From NCBI GenBank assembly GCA_964016885.1, contig OZ024748.1, positions 36,704,001 through 36,768,000 of the forward strand: 64,000 bases of DNA, given 5' to 3'. The notes under the pieces are model-generated. The model was not told where the DNA came from, made no database searches, and was given only the letters and a program-made list of their open reading frames with translations. Shown here in pieces: positions 45,641-60,229 of this stretch. The stretch comes from Eledone cirrhosa. Its lineage: Eukaryota. The translations under genes were made by a program, and so were the position numbers. How positions within the stretch are numbered: position 1 is the first letter of the stretch; each line of letters begins with the position of its first letter.

Positions 45641-48600
45641 TCATTCTGTAACTATACCTTGCCTCACAACACATTAGATCATCCTGTAACTATACCCTGC
45701 CTCGCAACACATTACACCATTCTGTATAGACACCCTGCCTCACAACACATTACACCATTCTGTAACTATACCTGCCCCACAAAACATTAGATCATCCTGT
45801 AACTATATCCTACCCCACAACACGTTAGATCATCCTGTAACTAAACCCTGCCTCGCAACACATTAGACCATTCTGTAAGTATAACCTGCCCCACAAAACA
45901 TTAGATCATCCGGTAACTATATCCTACCCCACAACACATTAGACCATTCTGTAACTATACCTTCCCTCACAACACATTAGATCATCCTGTAACTATACCC
46001 TGCCTCACAACCCATTAGACCATTCTGTAACTATACCCTTTCTCACAACACATCAGAATATCCTGTAACTATATCCTACCCCACAACACTTTAGGCCATC
46101 CTGTAACTATACCCTGCCTCACAACACATTAGACCATTCTGTAATTATACCCTGTCTCACAACACATTAGACTATGCTGTAACTTTATCCTACCCCATAA
46201 CATATTAGACCATCCTTTAACTATATCATACCCCACAACACATTAGACCATCCTGTAACTATAACCTGCCTCAAAACACATTAGACCATCCTGTAACTAT
46301 ACCCTGCCTCACAACAAATTAGACCATCCTGTAACTATATCCCACCCCACAACACAGACCATTATGTATCTATACCTTGCCTCACAACACATTAGATCAT
46401 CCTGTAACTATACCCTGCCTCACAACACATTAGACCATTCTGTAAATATACCCTGCCTCACAACACATTAGACCATCCTGTAACTATATCCTACCCCAAA
46501 ACACATTAGACCATTCTGTAACTATACCTTGCCTCACAACAAATTAGATCACCCTGTAACTATACCCTGCATCACAACACATTAGACCATTCTGTAAATA
46601 TACCCTGCCTCACAACACATTAGACCATTCTGTAACAATACCCTGCCTCACAACACATTAGATCATCCTGTAACTATACCCTGCCACACAACACATTACA
46701 TCATCCTGTAACTATACCATGCCTCACAACACATTAGACCATTCTGTAACTATACCCTGCCTCACAACACATTAGACCATCCTGTAACTATACCCTGCCT
46801 CACAAGACATTAGACCATCCTGTAACTATATCCTACCCCACAACACATTAGACCATCCTGTAACTATACCCTGCCTCACAACACATTATACCATTATGTA
46901 ACTATACCCTGCTTCACAACACATTAGACCATCCTGCAACTATACGCTGCCTCGCAACACATTAGACCATTCTGTAAAGATACCCTGCCTCACAACACAT
47001 TAGACCATTCTGTAACTATACCCTTCCTCACAACACATTAGATCATCCTGTAACTATACCTGCCACACAACACATTAGACCATCCTGTAACTATACCCTG
47101 CCTCACGACACATTAGACTATCCTGTAACTATATCCTACCCCATAACACATTAGACCATCTTGTAACTAGATCCTAGCCCACAACACATTAGACCATCCT
47201 GTAACTATACTCTGCCTCACAACACATTAGACCATCCTGTAACTATATCCTACCCCACAACACAGACCATTATGTAACTATACCTTACCTCACAATACAT
47301 TAGATCATCCTGTAAATATACTCTGCCTCAAAACACATTAGACCATTCTGTAACTATACCCTGCCTCACAACACATTAGACCCTCCTGTAACTATACCCT
47401 GCCTCACAACTCGTTAGACCATCCTGTAACTATATCCTACCCCACAACACTTTAGACCATCCTGTAACTATACCCTGCCTCACAACACATTAGACCATCC
47501 TGTAACTATATCCTACCCCACAACACATTAGACCATCCTGTAACTATACCCTGCCTCACAACACATTAGACCATCCTGTAACTATATCCTACCCCACAAC
47601 ACAGACCATCCTATAACTATACCCTGCATCACAACACATTAGACCATCCTGTAACTATATCCTACCCCACAACAAATTAGACCATCCTGTAACTATACTC
47701 TGCCTCACAACACATTAGACCATTATGTAACTATACCCTGCTTCACAACACATTAGACCATCCTGTAACTATACGCTGCCTCGCAACACATTAGACCATT
47801 CTGTAAAGATACCCTGCCTCACAACACATTAGACCATTCTGTAACTATACCCTGCCTCACAACACATTAGATCATCCTGTAACTATATCCTACCCCAAAA
47901 AGAAATAAACCATTCTGTAACTATACCTTGCCTCACAACAAATTAGATCACCCTGTAACTATACCCTGCATCACAACACATTAGACCATTCTGTAAATAT
48001 ACCCTGCCTCACAACACATTAGATCATCCTGTAACTATACCTTGCCACACAACACATTAGACCATCCTGTAACTATACCCTGCCTCACAACACATTAGAC
48101 AATTATGTAACTATACCTTGCCTCACAACACATTAGATCATCCTGTAACTATACCCTGCCTCACAACACATTAGACCATTCTGTAAATATACCCTGCCTC
48201 ACAACACATTAGACCCTTCCCTAACTATACCCTGCCTCACAACACATTAGACTATCCTGTAACTATATCATTCCCCATAACACATTAGACCATCCTGTAA
48301 CTATAACCTGCCTCACAACACATTAGATCATCCTGTAACTATACCCTGCCTCACAACACATTAGATCATCCTGTAAATATATCCTGCCTCACAACACATT
48401 AGACCATTCTGTAACTATACCCTGCCTCACAACACTTTAGACCATCCTGTAACTATACCCTGCCTCACAACACATTAGACCATTATGTAACTATACCCTG
48501 CTTCACAACACATTAGACCATCCTGTAACTATATCCTACCCCACAACACATTAGACCATTCTGTAACTATACCTTGCCTCACAAAACATTAGATCATCCT

Positions 48601-51600
48601 GTAACTATACCCTGCCTCGCAACACATTAGACCATTCTGTAAAGATACCCTGCCTCACAACACATTACACCATTCTGTAACTATACCCTGCCCCACAAAA
48701 CATTAGATCATCCTGTAACTATATCCTACCCCACAACACATAAGATCATCCTGTAACTATACCCTGCCTCGCAACACCTTAGACCATGCTGTAAAGATAC
48801 CCTGCCTCACAACACATTAGACCATTCTGTAACTATACCCTGCACCACAAAACATTAGATCATCCTGTAACTATATCCTACCCCACAACACATTAGACCA
48901 TTCTGTAACTACACCTACCCTCACAACACATTAGATCATCCTGTAACTATACCCTGCCTCACAACACATTAGACCATTCTGTAACTATACCCTGCCTCAC
49001 AAAACATTAGAATATCCTGTAACTATATCCTACCCCACAACACTTTAGACCATCCTGTAACTATAGCCTGCCTCACAACACATTAGACCATTCTGTAAAT
49101 ATACCCTGTCTCACAACACATTAGACTATGCTGTAAATGTATCCTACCCCATAACATATTAGACCATCCTTTAACTATATCCTACCCCAGAACACATTAG
49201 ACCATCCTGTAACTATACCCTGCCTCAAAACACATTAGACCATCCTGTAACTATACCCTGCCTCACAACACATTAGACCATCCTGTAACTATATCCTACC
49301 CCACAACACAGACCATTATGTATCTATACCTTGCCTCACAACAAATTAGATCACCCTGTAACTATACCCTGCCTCACAACACATTAGACCATTCTGTAAC
49401 AATACCCTGCCTCACAACACATTAGATCATCCTGTAACTATACCTTGCCACACAACACATTAGACCATCCTGCAACTATACCCTACCTCACAACACATTA
49501 GACAATTCTGTAACTATACCTTGCCTCACAACACATTAGATCATCCTGTAACTATACCCTGCCTCACAACACATTAGACCATTCTGTAAATATACCCTGC
49601 CTCACAACACATTAGACCGTTCCGTAACTATACCCTGCCTCACAACACATTAGACTATCCTGTAACTATATCCTACCCCATAACACATTAGACCATCCTG
49701 TAACTATATCCTACCCCACAACACATTAGACCATCCTGTAACTATAACCTGCCTCACAACACATTAGACCATCCTGTACCTATATCCTACCCCACAACAC
49801 ATAGCATTATGTAACTAAACCTTGCCTCACAACACATTAGATCATCCTGTAAATATACCCTGCCTCACAACACATTAGACCATTCTGTAACTATACCCTG
49901 CCTCACAACACTTTAGACCATCCTGTAACTATACCCTGCCTCACAACACATTAGACCATCCTGTAACTATATCCTACCCCACAACACATTAGACCATCCT
50001 GTAACTATACCCTGCCTCACAACACATTAGACCATTATGTAACTATACCCTGCTTCACAACACATTAGACCATCCTGTAACTATATCCTACCCCACAACA
50101 CATTAGACCATTCTGTAACTATACCTTGCCTCACAAAACATTAGATCATCCTGTAACTATACCCTGCCTCGCAATACATTAGACCATGCTGTAAAGATAC
50201 CCTGTCTCACAACACATTAGACCATTCTGTAACTATACCTGCCCCACAAAACATTAGATCATGCTGTAACTATATCCTACCCCACAACACGTTAGATCAT
50301 CCTGTAACTAAACCCTGCCTCGCAACACATTAGACCATTCTGTAAAGATACCCTGCCTCACAACACATTACACCATTCTGTAACTATACCCTGCCCCACA
50401 AAACATTAGATCATCCTGTAACTATATCCTACCCCACAACACATAAGATCATCCTGTAACTATACCCTGCCTCGCAACACCTTAGACCATGCTGTAAAGA
50501 TACCCTGCCTCACAACACATTAGACCATTCTGTAACTATACCCTGCCCCACAAAACATTAGATCATCCTGTAACTATATCCTACCCCACAACACATTAGA
50601 CCATTCTGTAACTAGACCTACCCTCACAACACATTAGATCATCCTGTAACTATACCCTGCCTCACAACACATTAGACCATTCTGTAACTATACCCTGCCT
50701 CACAACACATTAGAATATCCTGTAACTATATCCTACCCCACAACACTTTAGACCATCCTGTAACTATAGCCTGCCTCACAACACATTAGACCATTCTGTA
50801 AATATACCCTGTCTCACAACACATTAGACTATGCTGTAAATGTATCCTACCCCATAACATATTAGACCATCCTTTAACTATATCCTACCCCAGAACACAT
50901 TAGACCATCCTGTAACTATACCCTGCCTCAAAACACATTAGACCATCCTGTAACTCTACCCTGCCTCACAACACATTACACCATCCTGTAACTATATCCT
51001 ACCCCACAACACAGACCATTATGTATCTATACCTTGCCTCACAACAAATTAGATCACCCTGTAACTATACCCTGCCTCACAACACATTAGACCATTCTGT
51101 AACAATACCCTGCCTCACAACACATTAGATCATCCTGTAACTATACCTTGCCACACAACACATTAGACCATCCTGTAACTATACCCTACCTCACAACACA
51201 TTAGACAATTCTGTAACTATACCTTGCCTCACAACACATTAGATCATCCTGTAACTATACCCTGCCTCACAACACATTAGACCATTCTGTAACTAGACCT
51301 ACCCTCACAACACATTAGATCATCCTGTAACTATACCTTGCCACACAACACATTAGACCATCCTGTAACTATACCCTACCTCACAACACATTAGACAATT
51401 CTGTAACTATACCTTGCCTCACAACACATTAGATCATCCTGTAACTATACCCTGCCTCACAACACATTAGACCATTCTGTAAATATACCCTGCCTCACAA
51501 CACATTAGACCGTTCCGTAACTATACCCTGCCTCACAACACTTTAGACTATCCTGTAACTATATCCTACTCCATAACACATTAGACCATCCTGTAACTAT

Positions 51601-54600
51601 ATCCTACCCCACAACACATTAGACCATCCTGTAACTATAACCTGCCTCACAACACATTAGACCATCCTGTACCTATATCCTACCCCACAACACATAGCAT
51701 TATGTAACTATACCTTGCCTCACAACACATTAGATCATCCTGTAAATATACCCTGCCTCACAACACATTAGACCATTCTGTAACTATACCCTGCCTCACA
51801 ACACTTTAGACCATCCTGTAACTATACCCTGCCTCACAACACATTAGACCATCCTGTAACTATATCCTACCCCACAACACATTAGACCATCCTGTAACTA
51901 TACCCTGCCTCACAACACATTAGACCATTATGTAACTATACCCTGCTTCACAACACATTAGACCATCCTGTAACTATATCCTACCCCACAACACATTAGA
52001 CCATTCTGTAACTATACCTTGCCTCACAAAACATTAGATCATCCTGTAACTATACCCTGCCTCGCAACACATTAGACCATTCTGTAAAGACACCCTGCCT
52101 CACAACACATTACACCATTCTGTAACTATACCTGCCCCACAAAACATTAGATCATCCTGTAACTATATCCTACCCCACAACACATTAGATCATCCTGTAA
52201 CTAAACCCTGCCTCGCAACACATTAGACCATTCTGTAAGTATAACCTGCCCCACAAAACATTAGATCATCCGGTAACTATATCCTACCCCACAACACATT
52301 AGACCATTCTGTAACTAGACCTTCCCTCACAACACATTAGATCATCCTGTAACTATACTCTGCCTCACAACCCATTAGACCATTCTGTAACTATACCCTG
52401 CGTCACAACACATCAGAATATCCTGTAACTATATCCTACCCCACAACACTTTAGGCCATCCTGTAACTATACCCTGCCTCACAACACATTAGACCATCCT
52501 GTAACTATATCCTACCCCACAACACATTAGACCATCCTGTAACTATACCCTGCCTCACAACACATTAGACGATCCTGTAACTATATCCTACCCCACAACA
52601 CATTAGACCATCCTGTAACTATACCCTGCCTCACAACACATTAGACCATTATGTAACTATACCCTGCTTCACAACACATTAGACCATCCTGTAACTATAC
52701 GCTGCCTCGCAACACACTAGACCATTCTGCAAAGATACCCTGCCTCACAACACATTAGACCATTCTGTAACTATACCCTGCCTCACAACACATTAGATCA
52801 TCCTGTAACTATATCCTACCCCAAAACACATTAAACCATTCTGTAACTATACCTTGCCTCACAACAAATTAGATCACCCTGTAACTATACCCTGCATCAC
52901 AACACGTTAGACCATTCTGTAAATATACCCTGCCTCACAACACATTAGACCATTCTGTAACAATACCCTGCCTCACAACACATTAGATCATCCTGTAACT
53001 ATAGCCTGCCACACAACACATTAGACCATCCTGTAACTATACCCTGCCTCGCAACACATTAGACCATTCTGTAAATATACCCTGCCTCACAACACATTAG
53101 AGCGTTCCGTAACTATACCTTGCCTCACAATACATTAGACTATCCTGTAACTATATCCTACCCCATAACACATTAGACCATCCTGTAATTATATCCTACC
53201 CCACAACACATTAGACCATCCTGTAACTATACCCTGCCTCACAACACATTAGACCATCCTGTAACTATATCCTACCCCACAACACAGACCATTATGTAAC
53301 TATACCTTGCCTCACAATACATTAGATCATCCTGTAACTATACCCTGCCTCACAACGCATTAGACCATTCTGTAACTATACCCTGCCTCACAACACATTA
53401 GACCATCCTGTAACTATACCCTTTCTCACAACACATTAGACCATCCTGTAACTATATCCTACCCCACAACACTTTAGACCATCCTGTAACTATACCCTGC
53501 CTCACAACACATTAGACCATCCTGTAACTATATCCTACCCCACAACACATTAGACCATCCTGTAACTATACCCTGCCTCACAACACATTAGACCATTATG
53601 TAACTATACCCTGCTTCACAACACATTAGACCATCCTGTAACTATATCCTACCCCACAACACATTAGATCATTCTGTAACTATACCTTGCCTCACAACAC
53701 ATTAGATCATCCTGTAACTATACCCTGCCTCGCAACACATTAGACCATTCTGTATAGACACCCTGCCTCACAACACATTACACCATTCTGTAACTATACC
53801 TGCCCCACAAAACATTAGATCATCCTGTAACTATATCCTACCCCACAACACGTTAGATCATCCGGTAACTAAACCCTGCCTCGCAACACATTAGACCATT
53901 CTGTAAGTATAACCTGCCCCACAAAACATTAGATCATCCGGTAACTATATCCTACCCCACAACACATTAGACCATTCTGTAACTATACCTTCCCTCACAA
54001 CACATTAGATCATCCTGTAACTATACCCTGCCTCACAACCCATTAGACCATTCTGTAACTATACCCTTTCTCACAACACATCAGAATATACTGTAACTAT
54101 ATCCTACCCCACAACACTTTAGGCCATCCTGTAACTATACCCTGCCTCACAACACATTAGACCATTCTGTAATTATACCCTGTCTCACAACACATTAGAC
54201 TATGCTGTAACTTTATCCTACCCCATAACATATTAGACCATCCTTTAACTATATCATACCCCACAACACATTAGACCATCCTGTAACTATAACCTGCCTC
54301 AAAACACATTAGACCATCCTGTAACTATACCCTGCCTCACAACAAATTAGACCATCCTGTAACTATATCCCACCCCACAACACAGACCATTATGTATCTA
54401 TACCTTGCCTCACAACACATTAGATCATCCTGTAACTATACCCTGCCTCACAACACATTAGACCATTCTGTAAATATACCCTGCCTCACAACACATTAGA
54501 CCATCCTGTAACTATATCCTACCCCAAAACACATTAGACCATTCTGTAACTATACCTTGCCTCACAACAAATTAGATCACCCTGTAACTATACCCTGCAT

Positions 54601-57600
54601 CACAACACATTAGACCATTCTGTAAATATACCCTGCCTCACAACACATTAGACCATTCTGTAACAATACCATGCCTCACAACACATTAGACCATTCTGTA
54701 ACTATACCCTGCCTCACAACACATTAGACCATCCTGTAACTATACCCTGCCTCACAAGACATTAGACCATCCTGTAACTATATCCTACCCCACAACACAT
54801 TAGACCATCCTGTAACTATACCCTGCCTCACAACACATTATACCATTATGTAACTATACCCTGCTTCACAACACATTAGACCATCCTGCAACTATACGCT
54901 GCCTCGCAACACATTAGACCATTCTGTAAAGATACCCTGCCTCACAACACATTAGACCATTCTGTAACTATACCCTTCCTCACAACACATTAGATCATCC
55001 TGTAACTATACCTGCCACACAACACATTAGACCATCCTGTAACTATACCCTGCCTCACAACACATTATACCATTCTGTAAATATACCCTGCCTCACAACA
55101 CATTAGACCGTTCCGTAACTATACCCTGCCTCACGACACATTAGACTATCCTGTAACTATATCCTACCCCATAAAACATTAGACCATCTTGTAACTAGAT
55201 CCTAGCCCACAACACATTAGACCATCCTGTAACTATACTCTGCCTCACAACACATTAGACCATCCTGTAACTATATCCTACTCCACAGCACAGACCATTA
55301 TGTAACTATACCTTACCTCACAATACATTAGATCATCCTGTAAATATACTCTGCCTCAAAACACATTAGACCATTCTGTAACTATACCCTGCCTCACAAC
55401 ACATTAGACCCTCCTGTAACTATACCCTGCCTCACAACTCGTTAGACCATCCTGTAACTATATCCTACCCCACAACACTTTAGACCATCCTGTAACTATA
55501 CCCTGCCTCACAACACATTAGACCATCCTGTAACTATATCCTACCCCACAACACATTAGACCATCCTGTAACTATACCCTGCCTCACAACACATTAGACC
55601 ATCCTGTAACTATATCCTACCCCACAACACAGACCATCCTGTAACTATACCCTGCATCACAACACATTAGACCATCCTGTAACTATATCCTACCCCACAA
55701 CAAATTAGACCATCCTGTAACTATACTCTGCCTCACAACACATTAGACCATTATGTAACTATACCCTGCTTCACAACACATTAGACCATCCTGTAACTAT
55801 ACGCTGCCTCGCAACACATTAGACCATTCTGTAAAGATACCCTGCCTCACAACACATTAGACCATTCTGTAACTATACCCTGCCTCACAACACATTAGAT
55901 CATCCTGTAACTATATCCTACCCCAAAACACAATAAACCATTCTGTAACTATACCCTGCCTCGCAACACCTTAGACCATGCTGTAAAGATACCCTGCCTC
56001 ACAACACATTAGACCATTCTGTAACTATACCCTGCCCCACAAAACATTAGATCATCCTGTAACTATATCCTACCCCACAACACATTAGACCATTCTGTAA
56101 CTACACCTACCCTCACAACACATTAGATCATCCTGTAACTATACCCTGCCTCACAACACATTAGACCATTCTGTAACTATACCCTGCCTCACAACACATT
56201 AGAATATCCTGTAACTATATCCTACCCCACAACACTTTAGACCATCCTGTAACTATAGCCTGCCTCACAACACATTAGACCATTCTGTAAATATACCCTG
56301 TCTCACAACACATTAGACTATGCTGTAAATGTATCCTACCCCATAACATATTAGACCATCCTTTAACTATATCCTACCCCAGAACACATTAGACCATCCT
56401 GTAACTATACCCTGCCTCACAACACATTAGACCGTTCCGTAACTATACCCTGCCTCACAACACATTAGACTATCCTGTAACTATATCCTACCCCATAACA
56501 CATTAGACCATCCTGTAACTATATCCTACCCCACAACACATTAGACCATCCTGTAACTATAACCTGCCTCACAACACGTTAGACCATCCTGTACCTATAT
56601 CCTACCCCACAACACATAGCATTATGTAACTATACCTTGCCTCACAACACATTAGATCATCCTGTAAATATACCCTGCCTCACAACACATTAGACCATTC
56701 TGTAACTATACCCTGCCTCACAACACTTTAGACCATCCTGTAACTATACCCTGCCTCACAACACATTAGACCATCCTGTAACTATATCCTACCCCACAAA
56801 ACATTAGACCATCCTGTAACTATACCCTGCCTCACAACACATTAGACCATTATGTAACTATACCCTGCTTCACAACACATTAGACCATCCTGTAACTATA
56901 TCCTACCCCACAACACATTAGACCATTCTGTAACTATACCTTGCCTCACAAAACATTAGATCATCCTGTAACTATACCCTGCCTCGCAATACATTAGACC
57001 ATGCTGTAAAGATACCCTGTCTCACAACACATTAGACCATTCTGTAACTATACCTGCCCCACAAAACATTAGATCATCCTGTAACTATATCCTACCCCAC
57101 AACACGTTAGATCATCCTGTAACTAAACCCTGCCTCGCAACACATTAGACCATTCTGTAAAGATACCCTGCCTCACAACACATTACACCATTCTGTAACT
57201 ATACCCTGCCCCACAAAACATTAGATCATCCTGTAACTATATCCTACCCCACAACACATAAGATCATCCTGTAACTATACCCTGCCTCGCAACACCTTAG
57301 ACCATGCTGTAAAGAAACCCTGCCTCACAACACATTAGACCATTCTGTAACTATACCCTGCCCCACAAAACATTAGATCATCCTGTAACTATATCCTACT
57401 CCACAACACATTAGACCATTCTGTAACTAGACCTACCCTCACAACACATTAGATCATCCTGTAACTATACCCTGCCTCACAACACATTAGACCATTCTGT
57501 AACTATACCCTGCCTCACAACACATTAGAATATCCTGTAACTATATCCTACCCCACAACACTTTAGACCATCCTGTAACTATAGCCTGCCTCACAACACA

Positions 57601-59240
57601 TTAGACCATTCTGTAAATATACCCTGTCTCACAACACATTAGACTATGCTGTAAATGTATCCTACCCCATAACATATTAGACCATCCTTTAACTATATCC
57701 TACCCCAGAACACATTAGACCATCCTGTAACTATACCCTGCCTCAAAACACATTAGACCATCCTGTAACTCTACCCTGCCTCACAACACATTAGACCATC
57801 CTGTAACTATATCCTACCCCACAACACAGACCATTATGTATCTATACCTTGCCTCACAACAAATTAGATCACCCTGTAACTATACCCTGCCTCACAACAC
57901 ATTAGACCATTCTGTAACAATACCCTGCCTCACAACACATTAGATCATCCTGTAACTATACCTTGCCACACAACACATTAGACCATCCTGTAACTATACC
58001 CTACCTCACAACACATTAGACAATTCTGTAACTATACCTTGCCTCACAACACATTAGATCATCCTGTAACTATACCCTGCCTCACAACACATTAGACCAT
58101 TCTGTAACTAGACCTACCCTCACAACACATTAGATCATCCTGTAACTATACCTTGCCACACAACACATTAGACCATCCTGTAACTATACCCTACCTCACA
58201 ACACATTAGACAATTCTGTAACTATACCTTGCCTTACAACACATTAGATCATCCTATAACTATACCCTGCCTCACAACACATTAGACCGTTCCGTAACTA
58301 TACCCTGCCTCACAACACTTTAGACTATCCTGTAACTATATCCTACCCCATAACACATTAGACCATCCTGTAACTATATCCTACCCCACAACACATTAGA
58401 CCATCCTGTAACTATAACCTGCCTCACAACACATTAGACCATCCTGTACCTATATCCTACCCCACAACACATAGCATTATGTAACTATACCTTGCCTCAC
58501 AACACATTAGATCATCCTGTAAATATACCCTGCCTCACAACACATTAGACCATTCTGTAACTATACCCTGCCTCACAACACTTTAGACCATCCTGTAACT
58601 ATACCCTGCCTCACAACACATTAGACCATCCTGTAACTATATCCTACCCCACAACACATTAGACCATCCTGTAACTATACCCTGCCTCACAACACATTAG
58701 ACCATTATGTAACTATACCCTGCTTCACAACACATTAGACCATCCTGTAACTATATCCTACCCCACAACACATTAGACCATTCTGTAACTATACCTTGCC
58801 TCACAAAACATTAGATCATCCTGTAACTATACCCTGCCTCGCAACACATTAGACCATTCTGTAAAGACACCCTGCCTCACAACACATTACACCATTCTGT
58901 AACTATACCTGCCCCACAAAACATTAGATCATCCTGTAACTATATCCTACCCCACAACACATTAGATCATCCTGTAACTAAACCCTGCCTCGCAACACAT
59001 TAGACCATTCTGTAAGTATAACCTGCCCCACAAAACATTAGATCATCCGGTAACTATATCCTACCCCACAACACATTAGACCATTCTGTAACTAGACCTT
59101 CCCTCACAACACATTAGATCATCCTGTAACTATACTCTGCCTCACAACCCATTAGACCATTCTGTAACTATACCCTGCGTCACAACACATCAGAATATCC
59201 TGTAACTATATCCTACCCCACAACACTTTAGGCCATCCTG
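44460..59240. repeat. Large duplication at about 6.8-8.0 kb spacing (about 44460-52450 repeated at about 52450-59240 with internal deletions)
   Basis: GATCC after GAC at 44581/52571 (offset 7990); GCAACACCTTAG at 48771/55963 (7192); TAAGATC at 50444/57259 (6815); the CGG of TCCGGTAAC at 52271/59048 (6777). Confidence 0.8.
48600..52100. repeat. Tandem duplication of about 1.7-1.9 kb
   Basis: TAAGATCATCC at 48741 and 50444 (offset 1703). CACCTTAGACCATGC, GTAAATGTATCC, CCCAGAACAC and CACATAGCATTATG are shared. The second copy carries an extra 190-bp internal duplication. Confidence 0.83.
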
Positions 59241-60229
59241 TAACTATACCCTGCCTCACAACACATTAGACCATTCTGTAATTATACCCTGTCTCACAAC
59301 ACATTAGACTATGCTGTAACTTTATCCTACCCCATAACATATTAGACCATCCTTTAACTATATCCTACCCCACAACACATTAGACCATCCTGTAACTATA
59401 ACCTGCCTCAAAACACATTAGACCATCCTGTAACTATACCCTGCCTCACAACAAATTAGACCATCCTGTAACTATATCCCACCCCGCAACACAGACCATT
59501 ATGTATCTATACCTTGCCTCACAACACATTAGATCATCCTGTAACTATACCCTGCCTCACAACACATTAGACCATTCTGTAAATATACCCTGCCTCACAA
59601 CACATTAGACCATCCTGTAACTATATCCTACCCCAAAACACATTAGACCATTCTGTAACTATACCTTGCCTCACAACAAATTAGATCACCCTGTAACTAT
59701 ACCCTGCATCACAACACATTAGACCATTCTGTAAATATACCCTGCCTCACAACACATTAGACCATTCTGTAACAATACCCTGCCTCACAACACATTAGAT
59801 CATCCTGTAACTATACCCTGCCACACAACACATTAGATCATCCTGTAACTATACCATGCCTCACAACACATTAGACCATTCTGTAACTATACCCTGCCTC
59901 ACAACACATTAGACCATCCTGTAACTATACCCTGCCTCACAAGACATTAGACCATCCTGTAACTATATCCTACCCCACAACACATTAGACCATCCTGTAA
60001 CTATACCCTGCCTCACAACACATTATACCATTATGTAACTATACCCTGCTTCACAACACATTAGACCATCCTGCAACTATACGCTGCCTCGCAACACATT
60101 AGACCATTCTGTAAAGATACCCTGCCTCACAACACATTAGACCATTCTGTAACTATACCCTGCCTCACAACACATTAGATCATCCTGTAACTATACCTGC
60201 CACACAACACATTAGACCATCCTGTAACT

